Under the pieces are notes generated by a model, which was given only the letters and a program-made list of their open reading frames with translations, was not told the origin of the DNA and did no database searches. A program made the position numbers and the translations under genes. This document shows, piece after piece, positions 24,010 through 37,512 of a DNA stretch of 47,229 bases. The first letter of the stretch is position 1, and every line of letters starts with the position of its first letter. Location: assembly GCF_001194135.2 (NCBI RefSeq), contig NC_068985.1, forward strand, positions 52,059,199 through 52,106,427. The letters are read 5' to 3'. The DNA comes from Octopus bimaculoides (taxonomy: Eukaryota).

Positions 24010-26150
24010 TGCCTGTCTGTCTCTTTCTCCTACTTCTTTCCCTCTTACCCTTTCAATATCTCGTACATTCATTCTTTTGCTTCTCTTTTCTCTCTCTTGT
24101 ACACTGATTCTCTTTCTTCTCTCTCTCTCTCTCTCATATATTCATCCTCTCTCTCTTACACTCTCTCTCTTCTCTCACTCGGACGCTCTCTCTCCTTTCT
24201 CTTTACTCTCTCTCCCTCGTACTCTTACTCTTATACTCTCCTCCTACCCTTCTTCTTCCCTCTCATACACTTTCAACCTCTCTCTCATACACTCTCCCCC
24301 TCTCTCTTTCATACACTCTCCCCCTCTCTCTTTCATACACTTTCCTTTGTAACATTCTCTCTCTCCTCTCCCCCTTTCTCTCTCTCTCGTACATTCACTC
24401 ACTTCCTTCCCTCTCTCCCTCTTCAGTCTCTCATACATTCATTCTTTCTTTCTCTTCTCTTTCTCTCTCTCGTACACTCTCTTCCTCCCACTCTCTTACG
24501 CGCTCTCTCCTCTCTCACTCGTACACTCTCTTCCCTCTCTCTCCCTCAACTCTCTCTCCCTCAACTCTCTCTCCCTCAACTCTCTCTCCCTCTACTCCCT
24601 CTCCCCTTCGTACTCTCTCTCTCTCTCTCTCTCCCTCGTACTCGCCCTCGTACTCCCCCTCGTACTCTCTCCCCCCGTACTCTCTTCCCCCTCGTACTCT
24701 CTGTTTTCCTTGTACTCTTTCTCTCCCTCTACTCTCTCTCCCTCTACTCTCTCACCCTCTACTCTCTCCCTCTACTCTCCCTCACTCTNNNNNNNNNNNN
24801 NNNNNNNNNNNNNNNNNNNNNNNNNNNNNNNNNNNNNNNNNNNNNNNNNNNNNNNNNNNNNNNNNNNNNNNNNNNNNNNNNNNNNNNNNNNNNNNNNNNN
24901 NNNNNNNNNNNNNNNNNNNNNNNNNNNNNNNNNNNNNNNNNNNNNNNNNNNNNNNNNNNNNNNNNNNNNNNNNNNNNNNNNNNNNNNNNNNNNNNNNNNN
25001 NNNNNNNNNNNNNNNNNNNNNNNNNNNNNNNNNNNNNNNNNNNNNNNNNNNNNNNNNNNNNNNNNNNNNNNNNNNNNNNNNNNNNNNNNNNNNNNNNNNN
25101 NNNNNNNNNNNNNNNNNNNNNNNNNNNNNNNNNNNNNNNNNNNNNNNNNNNNNNNNNNNNNNNNNNNNNNNNNNNNNNNNNNNNNNNNNNNNNNNNNNNN
25201 NNNNNNNNNNNNNNNNNNNNNNNNNNNNNNNNNNNNNNNNNNNNNNNNNNNNNNNNNNNNNNNNNNNNNNNNNNNNNNNNNNNNNNNNNNNNNNNNNNNN
25301 NNNNNNNNNNNNNNNNNNNNNNNNNNNNNNNNNNNNNNNNNNNNNNNNNNNNNNNNNNNNNNNNNNNNNNNNNNNNNNNNNNNNNNNNNNNNNNNNNNNN
25401 NNNNNNNNNNNNNNNNNNNNNNNNNNNNNNNNNNNNNNNNNNNNNNNNNNNNNNNNNNNNNNNNNNNNNNNNNNNNNNNNNNNNNNNNNNNNNNNNNNNN
25501 NNNNNNNNNNNNNNNNNNNNNNNNNNNNNNNNNNNNNNNNNNNNNNNNNNNNNNNNNNNNNNNNNNNNNNNNNNNNNNNNNNNNNNNNNNNNNNNNNNNN
25601 NNNNNNNNNNNNNNNNNNNNNNNNNNNNNNNNNNNNNNNNNNNNNNNNNNNNNNNNNNNNNNNNNNNNNNNNNNNNNNNNNNNNNNNNNNNNNCTACTCC
25701 CTCTCCCCTTCGTACTCTCTCTCTCTCTCTCTCTCCCTCGTACTCTCTCTCTCTCCATCGTATTCTCTCTCTCTCTCTCTCCATCGTACTTTCTCTCTCT
25801 CTCCATCGTACTCTCTCCCTCTCTCTCTCTCTCTCTCCATGATACTCTCTTTCTCTCCATGATATTCTCTTTCTCTCCTTCGTACTCTCTCTCTCCCTTG
25901 TACTCTCTCTCTCATTCGTACTCTCTCCACCCCTCGTACTCTCTGTTCCCCTTGTACTCTCTCTCTCTTTTGTACTTTCTATCTTATACTCCCCTCCCCT
26001 TTCCTCCTACACTCTCTCTTCCTCTCTCTCGTACGCTCTTCCTCCTCTCCCTCTTTCATACACTATCTACATCCATACTTTCGTAACTTTGACCCTTCTT
26101 TCTCCTATACTCTCTCCCTTCTCTCGCCCCCTCTTATACACTCTCTCATC

Positions 26151-26183
<33 letters not shown>

Positions 26184-26210
26184 ACTCTTGTACATTCTTT
26201 TTCGTCTCTC
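24010..26210. repeat. Polypyrimidine (CT-rich) degenerate satellite punctuated by CGTACT, with a 0.9-kb gap
   Basis: Direct reading; similar sequence at 47040-47229. Confidence 0.9.
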
Positions 26211-26684
26211 TTTATAGCCGAACTCCCTTTCTACTTCTCAATCATCACAATTTTAAATTTACAGGATATTCCTTTTAGGGCTACGAAGTTAAAACCTATC
26301 AAGGGAACACAAGAAAGCACTCAACAGAAAAGGGATTATTAATTGCTTTTATGTGTATTACATTTGAAGAGAAAAAAAAAAACCAAGCCCCAAACGTTTT
26401 AAATATCTGTCCTGTTAATAATAAACCTAAGTGTTCCCAGACGAGATGTAGTACCGAAGGGGAGTGGAACAATGTTTGTGGGTAAAACAACTTTCAACAA
26501 TGTACAGGCATTCATTATCACCATAAACTATTTGACCCAATCTGGTCCCTATCGCAGTTTGACCCTTACAAGGAAGTTATAAGAAATGTTATGAGTTTCA
26601 GACATATACAAAATTAACGCAACTATCTTGTGGGGATGAAATTACACAAAGTGGCTACTACTTCCACGTTTCATTTACATTGTC

Positions 26685-26740
<56 letters not shown>

Positions 26741-27760
26741 NNNNNNNNNNGTGTGTGTCTGTGTGTGTGTGCGTGTGTGTATATATATATATATATATGC
26801 ATATATGTATATATGTATGTGTGTATGTATATACACACGTACACACACATATATATACATATACATATATATACATATATACATACGTACTTACGTACGT
26901 TGAATGTTTGCATATATATATATATATATGTATATATATGTATGCATGTGTATATAAATATGTATGTATATATATATATACATGTAAATGTATCTATAAA
27001 TATATATATATATATGTATGTATGTATGTATATATATATATATATATATANNNNNNNNNNNNNNNNNNNNNNNNNNNNNNNNNNNNNNNNNNNNNNNNNN
27101 NNNNNNNNNNNNNNNNNNNNNNNNNNNNNNNNNNNNNNNNNNNNNNNNNNNNNNNNNNNNNNNNNNNNNNNNNNNNNNNNNNNNNNNNNNNNNNNNNNNN
27201 NNNNNNNNNNNNNNNNNNNNNNNNNNNNNNNNNNNNNNNNNNNNNNNNNNNNNNNNNNNNNNNNNNNNNNNNNNNNNNNNNNNNNNNNNNNNNNNNNNNN
27301 NNNNNNNNNNNNNNNNNNNNNNNNNNNNNNNNNNNNNNNNNNNNNNNNNNNNNNNNNNNNNNNNNNNNNNNNNNNNNNNNNNNNNNNNNNNNNNNNNNNN
27401 NNNNNNNNNNNNNNNNNNNNNNNNNNNNNNNNNNNNNNNNNNNNNNNNNNNNNNNNNNNNNNNNNNNNNNNNNNNNNNNNNNNNNNNNNNNNNNNNNNNN
27501 NNNNNNNNNNNNNNNNNNNNNNNNNNNNNNNNNNNNNNNNNNNNNNNNNNNNNNNNNNNNNNNNNNNNNNNNNNNNNNNNNNNNNNNNNNNNNNNNNNNN
27601 NNNNNNNGCAGCTTCCTAGGTCTAACCAACAGTAGTATTATTCCCTTCAGGGGACTGTCACATTAAGTTGACAGCATACAACTACTTCATCGTATCACTA
27701 CTGCATAAATCTCTCTCAGAGATTTAGAAATGTATTATTTATATATATATATATATATAT

Positions 27761-27935
27761 AGGGAGAATTCACAAAAAACAACAGACGAAGACAGGTGGT
27801 GTAGAAAACAAATAGATGTATTAGTATAACGCTCGGGAATTAAAAAAATCTTTAACGTTTCAAGCATACGCTCTTCCACAGAAAGGAACACAGAAAGAAA
27901 CAAGGAGAGAAAAAAATGTATGTAGTGGTCTGCGA
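27761..27935 (-). mobile_element. PLE-like terminal-repeat fragment
   Basis: Contains AACGTTTC..GC....GCTCTTC..CAG (GAAACGT hammerhead-type signature on the minus strand); boundaries set by flanking microsatellites; family assignment is inference. Confidence 0.4.
27850..27885 (-). ncRNA. 36-nt minimal hammerhead-like motif with non-canonical core
   Basis: CUUU|CUGUGGA|A|GAGC-GUAU-GCUU|GAAA-CG-U-U|AAAG: helix I 4 bp, helix II 4 bp, palindromic ACGU helix III; A6->U. Confidence 0.45.
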
Positions 27936-28039
27936 TCTATACGCACGCGTGCGTGTATGTATGTATGTATGTATGTATGTATGTATGTATGTATGTATGT
28001 ATGTATGTGTGTATGTATGTATGTATGTATGTATGTATG

Positions 28040-28240
28040 TGTGCGAATGTCTTTGTGTTTGTCGGTTTGTTTACGCCCCCATAACTTAGCAATTCGGAAG
28101 AAGTGTCCGCTAGAACAGGTACCTACCAGATATATAAATAAGTAGTGGGGTCGATTTATTTGAGTAAATAAAACCTCCAGGGTAGTGCCTCAGCATAACC
28201 ACAGTCCAATGACTGAAACAAATGCAAGGTAAAAACAGGT
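28040..28240 (+). mobile_element. SINE family A, 3' half
   Basis: TTTACGCCCCCATAACTTAGCAATTCGG...GGGGTCGATTTA...CAGTCCAATGACTGAAACAA. Confidence 0.75.
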
Positions 28241-28822
28241 AGGTATATAAATACACACGCACGCACACACACTCACATACATATAGTGAGAGTGAGAGAG
28301 AGAGACGGAGAGATACATACATGTGTATATATGTATCTATCTATCTGTCTCTTCTCTCTCTAATGTATATATNNNNNNNNNNNNNNNNNNNNNNNNNNNN
28401 NNNNNNNNNNNNNNNNNNNNNNNNNNNNNNNNNNNNNNNNNNNNNNNNNNNNNNNNNNNNNNNNNNNNNNNNNNNNNNNNNNNNNNNNNNNNNNNNNNNN
28501 NNNNNNNNNNNNNNNNNNNNNNNNNNNNNNNNNNNNNNNNNNNNNNNNNNNNNNNNNNNNNNNNNNNNNNNNNNNNNNNNNNNNNNNNNNNNNNNNNNNN
28601 NNNNNNNNNNNNNNNNNNNNNNNNNNNNNNNNNNNNNNNNNNNNNNNNNNNNNNNNNNNNNNNNNNNNNNNNNNNNNNNNNNNNNNNNNNNNNNNNNNNN
28701 NNNNNNNNNNNNNNNNNNNNNNNNNNNNNNNNNNNNNNNNNNNNNNNNNNNNNNNNNNNNNNNNNNNNNNNNNNNNNNNNNNNNNNNNNNNNNNNNNNNN
28801 NNNNNNNNNNNNNNNNNNNNNN

Positions 28823-29096
28823 GTAAGCCTACACTTACTCAATCGGTCTCTTTTGCCGAACCGCTGAGTTACGGGGACGCAAACACACCAGCATCGGTTG
28901 TCAGGCGATGTTGGGGAGTCAAACACAGACACACAAACATATACACACACACACACACATATATATTCGACGGGCTTCTTTCAGTTTCCGTCTACCAAAT
29001 CCACTCACAAGGCTTTGGTCGGCCCGAGGCTATAGCGGAAGGCACTTGCCCAAGATGCCACGCAGTGGGACTGAACCCGGGACCATGTGGTTGGAA

Positions 29097-29097
<1 letters not shown>
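28823..29097 (-). mobile_element. SINE family A, central part (3' end in gap)
   Basis: Close match to the reverse complement of 35950-36200. Confidence 0.9.
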
Positions 29098-29146
<49 letters not shown>

Positions 29147-30187
29147 ATAGTTGAAAAGGGGTTAAGAGTCCATAGAAATCAAAAGTTTTTAACTACGTTT
29201 TTAACTACACACACACACACGCGTATATATATATATGCATACATACATACATACATACATACATGCATACGCACACACAGACGCACACACGCGCACACGC
29301 CTCCCTCCATATTATAACTTTCGTATTCTAACCAGGTCAGTGATGACATTGATATAATTTCACATCTTCTTCTTGTTAGAAATAATAGACCAATAATTTC
29401 TATTCGGCTATTTTGGAAGTAAGTTAATCCTACCTCTTTTAAAGGATTCTTTGGTCAAATAAAATGAATTGGGTTCGTATTTTTATTTTTTGTCTTTTTA
29501 TATAAGTGAAGAAGAAAACAACAACAACAACAAAATAATCGTTGTTAAGAGGGCAACTTGGCGTACATGAAAGTCGGAGCCAGACTTAATGTCTCCAAGA
29601 CTGTTTCAATGACATAGAAATATAGTTCACAGTTACAAGAAATAGAGACTTTCTTGTGACTTTCCACAGCTGAGAGTTCATTACCAGACAAATCAGACAT
29701 TTACCAAAATTAGAATTCCCTTCAATGTCATCTTCATTTCTATAAAAGTCAACAAATACTGACAACATTAAACGGAATAAGTCGTAAAAGTCAGACTAAT
29801 AAACTAATACAGACACTGCAGATGTTTGGCAATTCTTAAGAGCTTTAGACATCGCAACAAAATGATTCCAGGTGAAGATAGCACAGATAATAAACAACTA
29901 CTATATGCTATCAAAGTTCTCCTACGAACGTAAAGATAACTTGTTCATTAAATATTAAATTACTGTATATTCACGTTCCCTGATAAATATTTAGCGGAAC
30001 ATACAATACAATGAAATATAATTGATCCAAGTCGCAAACGTCTGACAAAAGGCTTTGATATTTAAAATATGCTACTGAAAATCTAATTATAAACGTTGAT
30101 ATAACCATGCATGTGTTCTTTTAATTAGCAAAAATGACTCTATAATGATGTCTATATCTCCTATCTTTCATCTTTTACTTGTGTCAG

Positions 30188-30219
<32 letters not shown>

Positions 30220-30274
30220 TGTATGTATGTATGTACGTATATATGTATATATGTATATATGTATATATGTATGT

Positions 30275-30513
30275 ATTCTTTTCTGTTATTCTTTTATTCG
30301 TTTCAGTCATTTAACTGCGGTCATGCTGGGGCACAGCCTTTAGTCGAACAATTCGACTCCAGGACTTATCCTATGTAAACCTAATATTTATTCAATCGGT
30401 CTGTTTTGCCGAACCGCAAAGTTACGGGGACGTAAACACACCAACATCGGTTGTCAAATGATGATGGGGGATAAACACAGACACACAAACATATATAAAT
30501 ACACGCGCGCGCA

Positions 30514-30589
<76 letters not shown>

Positions 30590-30753
30590 TACGACGGGTT
30601 TCATTCAGTTTCCGTCTACCAAATCCACTGACAAAGCTTTCATCGGCCCGAGGCTATAGTAGAAGACACTTGCCCAAAGTGCTACGCAGTGGGATTGAAC
30701 CCGGAAACATGTGGCTGACAAGCAAGCTACTTACTACAAAGCCACTCCTACGC
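30275..30753 (-). mobile_element. SINE family A, full length with expanded internal (CA)n
   Basis: Head AAGCTACTTACTACAAAGCCACTCCTACGCC at right, tail at left. Confidence 0.92.
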
Positions 30754-30811
30754 CTTGTATGTAAGCATGTATGTATGTATGTATGTATGTATGTATATAT
30801 GTATGTACGAT

Positions 30812-31318
30812 GGATACTTTCGGTGTTGTGTCTGGAAGAAGTACATCTTCCTAAGGACCAAGATCCGTCTTCTCCGCAAGCTGGTTCTGCCACTTCACCT
30901 GTACAACGTTGAGACATGGTCCATCCTCAAGAGAGACTTGACTGAATAAGCTCGAGTTATTTCAAATGCAGTGTCTTCGTCAGATCCTTGGTATCTTTCT
31001 AAACGGCCAAATCTCAAACAGTAACATCAGAGAACAATGCCAGCAACAGTCGACTATTGAACACCAAGTCCAGCAGCGCAGGTTAGGTTCGGCCAGCCCA
31101 CTCACTGGAGAATGCAGCGTAGTACACCAGTGAAGATAAGATATGGGCGAAAAATTTGAAGACCTGAAGTCGCAGCGCCTCAATCTCCAGTATGCTAAGG
31201 CCGGAGCCATGGATTGGAAAGCGTGGAATAACATCATCACCAGAGTCCATCATCTAGCGGCAACCACAGCAGCGTATTGGTTGAGAGTACAGCCTCCATC
31301 TCCAGTCGGCATCTAGGA
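30812..31318 (+). pseudogene. RTE-clade LINE ORF2 C-terminal remnant
   Basis: VWKKYIFLRTKIRLLRKLVLPLHLYNVETWSILKR then (frameshift) KLELFQMQCLRQILGI...ISNSNIREQCQQQSTIEHQVQQRRL and EDLKSQRLNLQYAKAGAMDWKAW, typical of the post-RT region of RTE elements. Confidence 0.82.
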
Positions 31319-31454
31319 ATTTAAGATGTATGTATGCATGGATGCATATATGTATGTATGTATGTATGTATGCATGTATGTATGTATGTATGTATGTATG
31401 TATGTATGTATGTAGGTATGTATGTATGTATCTATCTATGTATCTATCTATCCA

Positions 31455-31875
31455 TCTTTATCTTTTACTTGTTTCAAGTCACTGGACTGTGGCATGCTGG
31501 AGCGCCATCTCAGGGCGTTTAGTCGGACAAATCGATTCCAGAATTTATTTTTACTTTTAAGTTCTTATTCTATCGGACATTTTTGCCAAACTGCTAAGTT
31601 ATGAGGAAGTAAAGAAGCCAACACGGTTGTCTTCGTTGGGAGAAAAACACAAACTCACACAAACATACTCACGCATGCACGCACGCGCACATACACACCA
31701 AACACACACACACACACTCGCGCACACACATACACATGACGGGCTTCTTTCCTTTTTCGTCTACGAAATCCACTCACAAGATCCGGGTCTTTTGTAGAAG
31801 GTACCACACAGTGGTATTGAGCTCGAAATCATGTTATTGGAAAGCAAGCTTCTAACCACAGATCCATAGCAGCAC
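31455..31875 (-). mobile_element. SINE family A, older degenerate copy
   Basis: Tail, TAAGTTATGAGG module, ACGGGCTTCTTTC, AAGCTTCTAACCACA all in family order. Confidence 0.8.
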
Positions 31876-32519
31876 CCAAACGTTGTTGTTTCCTCTAATC
31901 CCAGACCAAACCTATTGGAATGTAAGCAGAACATCGAAGCAAACCATTTCTTCGTTTTTCCATTCGAGACGGAAATATAACCACAGACGATAACAGTATA
32001 CTATAGACACTGAGCATACGACAAATGATAACTGTATACTATAAACACTGAGCATTTAAGGGACATACGTTCATATTATACCTCAGACGTTGCATTATTT
32101 CAATAAAAATGAGCAATATAAATTCATTTAAATTAGTTGGGCTGTTGTTAATTCCAGGTTAGCCATTATCGAGCAGACATAACCAAAACCGTTACGAAGT
32201 ATTAGGATTTCATCATCTAGAGCATATTTTTCTCTTTTGAGATAATAGGTTGTTATTATTAGTTCAAGTGACATCGTATAGAGGCTCCTCCTCCTCCTCC
32301 TCCTCCTCCTCCTCCTCCTCCTCCTCAGTCACTCAAGTCATCGTCGTCGTCGTCGTCACCATCACCTACAACAACCCGCGAATATTATTTTTTCACGTCC
32401 TCGGGCTCATAAAGCCAGTTAAGATTCCATGGCATATCTATGATGGAAAAGGTAGAAGCAAAATACTGGAAGGTTAAAAGACATATTGGGGTTCTTAACT
32501 ATCGTTACCGTTCACATAA

Positions 32520-32900
32520 CCAGTTGTTCATTCATTTATTCATTCATTCGCTTATTCATTCATTCATTCGTTCGTTCACTTATTCATTCATTCATTCATT
32601 CATTCCTTCCTTCGTTTATTCATTCATTTGTTCTTTCGCTCATTCATTCCTTCGTTTATTTATTCATTTATTTATTCATCCGTTCATTCATTCACTCATT
32701 CATTTGTTCATTCATTCCTTCGTTTGTTAATGCATTCCTTCATTCAATTATTCGTTCGCTTAATCATTTGATCATTCATTCGCTAATTCATTCATTCGTT
32801 TATTCCTTCGTACATTTATTCAAACATTCGCTCATTTGTTCGTTCGTTTATTCCTTCGTTCGTTCACCCATTTCTTTATTTATTCTCTCATTCATTTATT
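32520..32900. repeat. Degenerate (TTCA)n array
   Basis: Direct reading. Confidence 0.9.
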
Positions 32901-33803
32901 CTGTTCACGCTATTTTGAACTTACACAACGTTATATTGACCTTACATTTTATTAACGCTACATTTTGTTTGCGCTGCACTTTTATACTGACCAAGCCATT
33001 CGATTAACGTTTCCGTCCTTTGACATCACAGTTTATCAACGTTTTGTTTACACCACATTATATTTTCACATTTTATTTAAGCTAGATTACATTTAAGCTT
33101 CCTGTCCAGAATATGACTTTAAACTGCATCAAGTACAGGAACCCTCGTTCGAGAGTTCCAGGGTTTTGGGGAGTGTGGATCAACCCCTAAGTCACTATTG
33201 TTCTTTGATCTATTCTGACCCGGAATAGTAGCAACTATTAGGATCCTAGCTAAGGGTTAATTAGCATATTACGGAAGAAACTCTTAAGCACAAACCCTCA
33301 CTGCCGCGTATGAGTCAACCTGGACAGCAAATGGAGTAGTGGAGTCCCTCAAGCAGTCTGGTCTCCTCTTTGACACCCTTCTGGAAATTGCAGTGTCGGT
33401 AGAGCTCTAGTGCTCTGTAAGGCAATGTGCCTAGAAGGCAGCTCGAATGTAAAACCTACAACTTGCTGATCGCTACTATTGCCTTAGTCCGCTGAGTCAC
33501 TATCGTTAGACCTCCAAGTCTAAAGAGTAGGACCGGTTTGCGTAGATTGACTCTCACTCCAAAACTACTGAGCGCAGGCAGGAAAAAAAGTCCTGCAGCG
33601 TCAAAGATCGTCTTACACAGTCACATGAGGGTATGCTGCTCTTCTCCATGATCTTCGGACACGAAGAAACTGCAGTCACATTTAAAGTCCGATATATTGG
33701 TCCTATGCTGTATTGACACATGATTCTATAGATGTCGCACACACACACACACACACACACATACACACACACACGCGCACACACATACACACACATACAA
33801 CGT

Positions 33804-34173
33804 TGTTGGCACACCATCGCTTACGACGACGAGGGTTCCAGTTGATCCAATCATCGTGAAATTAACGTGCAAGTGGTTGAGCACTCCACAGACATGTGTA
33901 CCCTTAACGTAGTTCTCGGGGGTATTCAGCATGACACAGTGTGACAAGGCTGGCCCTTTGAAATACAGGTACAACAGAAACGGGAAGAAAGAGTGAGAGA
34001 AAGTTGTGGTGAAAGAGTACAGCAGGGTTCGCCACCATCCCCTGCCGGAGCCACGTGGAGCTTAAGGTGTTTTCGCTCAATAAACACTCACTACGCCGGG
34101 TCTGGCAATCGAAACCACGATCCTATGACCATGAGTCCGCTGCCCTAACCACTGAACCATTGCGCCTCCACTT
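33804..34173 (-). mobile_element. SINE family D, full length, 11-bp TSD
   Basis: Colinear reverse complement of 21938-22319; TSD ACATACAACGT at 33793-803 and 34174-84. Confidence 0.93.
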
Positions 34174-35171
34174 ACATACAACGTATATAAAATACATATA
34201 TGTTAGTCACTACGTGTTTAGAATATAAAGGGAAGCACAACTGACAGTAAAATATTTAGTAACATAAAATAGAGTAGAAATAAAATGTTTGTTTTAGTTC
34301 ATGGAACTTACAAGACTAATCCTGTTTTGTTTGTTTTCGAATACATCAGAGAGCACATAAAGTTATGGAAACAAGGTTTATATGTCTGTGTGGACCAAGA
34401 TCAACATGCTGAGTGGGAAATATTATTTGTCTACCAGAAGGCTGCTCAACAAGCTGTGGAAAATAGAAGTGTGTCAAGAAAATGAGGATCAGAAGAGCAA
34501 GATAACATCAAACTAGTTGATCTTTAAATAGACAGAAAAAAAGAAGCTATTGCATGAAATTGAAACAATAGATATTAGTAGAGCAGTGAGAGGTTATTGT
34601 AAGGAGGCAAATGAAAAGAGAAGAGAAATTGAAGGGTCTAAGGAAGTAGAGGAAGTGACGGAAAGTAAAGTAAGCCAGTAAAATAAATAAATAAATAAAT
34701 AAATATAACGAAGAGGTTAATTCACAGTTGTGAGAAAAATGAAGTCATTGGAGGAAAAAGGAACGTAGGTGTTTTTTATTTTTAGGAGGTGGGGGCGTAA
34801 AGTTACTGGCTTTAAAGGTGTCGCGAAAGGCCTGGCTGGAGGCCCAACCTTCCAAGTTCTTGTACAGGGCTTGGAAAATCGAAGGACCACTGCAATAAGT
34901 GAGTGAATCTGAGAGGGGGATATGTTGAATAAAATCATAATTAGCTGATCCTCCTGTATTTTCTATTAGCTAAAGCCAGGAACTTTTCAACACCCACTCG
35001 TACATGTGATGAAGTGGTAACATTGTGCGTAGAAAAGGTTAGATAAATGAGGGATAGTTAATATGGTAGGAAGCATTATTTGGAAAAGTTTATAGTCAAG
35101 GAATATGTACATACATGCATGTAGTTTTATTTATTTATTTTGTTTTTTGGAGAGAAGGATAATTCACACAA

Positions 35172-35641
35172 GACACTTTGTTTCCTCGTAACTTTCAGAA
35201 AAATAGATAGATTTTGATGAAATTTTCTACAAATATCTTTCGGAATTTAATTTATAAAAAATTTGGTGGGCTTGCACACATACATACATCATACATGTCT
35301 ACAAAATGAAACTTGAAATTTGGGAAAAAAATTGTGACGTGTGTCAATATTTCTGTGCGTTCTCACCATTTTTCGTTTCAGCTTAAATTCCAATATAATC
35401 GTAATTTAAACACTGAAAGATTTTTGTAGAAAATTTCATTTAGAAATATCTATTTCTCCGAAAGTTATAAGGAAAGAAAACCGACTCGTGTGAACTTTTT
35501 GGAACTCCTCTCCTCAAACTTCGAAAAATATTTTTAACAATAAATTCCAATACAATCGGATTTTACACAATCAGAAGCATAATTGTAGAAAATTTCATTA
35601 AAAGTCTACATTTTTCTGGAAGTTATGAGGGAACAAAGTCG
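35172..35641. repeat. Non-autonomous DNA-element-like segment: one inverted and two direct ~100-bp related units
   Basis: TGTAGAAAATTTCATT...GAAAGTTAT.AGG.AAC units at ~35385-35482 and ~35540-35641; inverse unit at ~35172-35250. Confidence 0.6.
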
Positions 35642-35910
35642 GTGGGGTACATTTGTGTATGCATTTCCATTACGTAAACTAAGTCATACTAAGATTACAT
35701 TTCTATTTCATATCTACATATCGACTTCGGTTCACTTTCATTTTGTATGTAACAATATTTAATTATATAATTGCACGTTCAGTTTGCATCAAAAGGTGAC
35801 AATAATCTGAATGAGATGGGCTCAATTTTCACCACACGTAACCGTAGAGAGGATAACAGTATTAACGATGATAGTGTGTTTAGCAACGAATACTAATTGT
35901 ATTAAAATGC

Positions 35911-36299
35911 ATAGGCGCAGGAGTGGCTGTGTGGTAAGTAGCTTGCTTACGAACCACATGGTTCCGGGTTCAGTCCCACTGTGTGGCACCTTGGGCAAGT
36001 GTCTTCTACTATAGCTTCGGGCCGACCAATGCCTTGTGAGTGGATTTGGTAGACGGAAACTGAAAGAAGCCCGTCGTATATATATATGTATGCGTGTTTG
36101 TGTGTCTGTGTTTATCCCCCCACCATCGCTTGACAATCGATGCTGGTGTGTTTACGTCCCCGTAACTTAGCGGTTCGACAAAAAGAGACCGATAGAATAA
36201 GTACTAGGCTTACAAAGAAGAAGTTATGGGGTCGATTTGCTCGACTAAAGGCGGTGCTCCAGCATGGCCGTAGTCAAATGACTGAAACAAGTAAAAGAG

Positions 36300-36300
<1 letters not shown>
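35911..36300 (+). mobile_element. SINE family A, best-preserved full-length copy
   Basis: GGCGCAGGAGTGGCTGTGTGGTAAG...GGGTTCAGTCCC...ACCTTGGGCAAGTGTCTT...GGGGTCGATTTGCTCGAC...GACTGAAACAAGTAAAAGA. Confidence 0.95.
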
Positions 36301-36338
<38 letters not shown>

Positions 36339-37174
36339 GTGTGTGTATATGTATGTGTGTGCGTCTGTGCGTGAGCATATGCGTGTGTGTGTATATATTC
36401 AAATTTATTGGCAGTATTTAGGTCCTAATTTTTCATTGCTTTATAAACGCTCGTTCTTTTAACACACTTTCATCTTGTATCTCTATTTTACGTTTTCCAC
36501 AATTGACGTTCGAGCTTTCTTCATGTTGCATATCTTGCCGCCGTTCGTTCCAGCGCTCGTCCCATAAGTTCCCAGGGTGCCACGCAGTGGGACTGAGCGT
36601 GGAAACACGTGGTTGAGAAGCAAGCTCCTAATACACTGCCACACGCACACATCCTTGAATTACATTCTAACATCATGAAACGACAGGAATATATTATATA
36701 ATATAGTTTTGGATACTCAATGGCTGACAGAAAAACGGAGTGGTCATAACTGGAATGCCTTTGATCATAGGGACCCTCATTCAAAATTTATCTGGGGCTA
36801 AATAAAAAAAAACAAAAAAACAAGCATGTGAACAACGAGAAGAGACCCTTGTTCAATCTGACAGCCGTGTCTTCCTGTCCGCATTTATTGTGAATTAATC
36901 AGTTAGTCTCACATGTTTATCTTTATGAATGCTTTTCTAACCGGAGGCAAAAAATACTTAAAATGCCATTACTGTACTCTATCTCGCTGACGACAGAACA
37001 AACCTGTCTCTTGTCTTTTATGGCTATTTTTACTACTTTTTGTTGTTATTGTTATTGCTGTTATTGTTATTGCTGTTTAGCTCCCGGTGACTCCTATTCG
37101 AGTATTCTTATCATCAAAGTCCGTGACACTCACGTCTCTTTCAGCGTTGTTCAGGGCTACATTATCCAATGTGT

Positions 37175-37512
37175 CAGGGCAGCGAGCTGGCAAAATAGTT
37201 GGGGCACAGGGCGACAAGCTGGCAGAGACGTTAGCACACCGGGTGAAATGCTTAGCGGTATTTCATCTGTCTTTACGTTCTGAGTTCAACTTCCACCGAG
37301 GTCGACTTTGCCTTTTATCCTTTCGGCGTCGATAAATTAAGTACAAGTTGCGTACTGGGGGTCAATCTAATCGACNNNNNNNNNNNNNNNNNNNNNNNNN
37401 NNNNNNNNNNNNNNNNNNNNNNNNNNNNNNNNNNNNNNNNNNNNNNNNNNNNNNNNNNNNNNNNNNNNNNNNNNNNNNNNNNNNNNNNNNNNNNNNNNAG
37501 AGTAGAAAAGAA
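37175..37512 (+). mobile_element. SINE family B with duplicated head, interrupting a family C copy; gap inside the tail
   Basis: Two GAGCTGGCA-type starts (~37184 and ~37214); abuts family C (-) at 37040-37172; a further degenerate B copy follows at ~37550-37700. Confidence 0.85.

Noticed and set aside
30945-30995. Minus-strand CTGACGAA...GAAA inside the RTE remnant
   Set aside because: Helix I absent and helix II 2 weak pairs; explained by RTE coding sequence.
34285-34485. 66-aa ORF
   Set aside because: No recognisable domain; faint resemblance to RTE C-termini is too weak to call.
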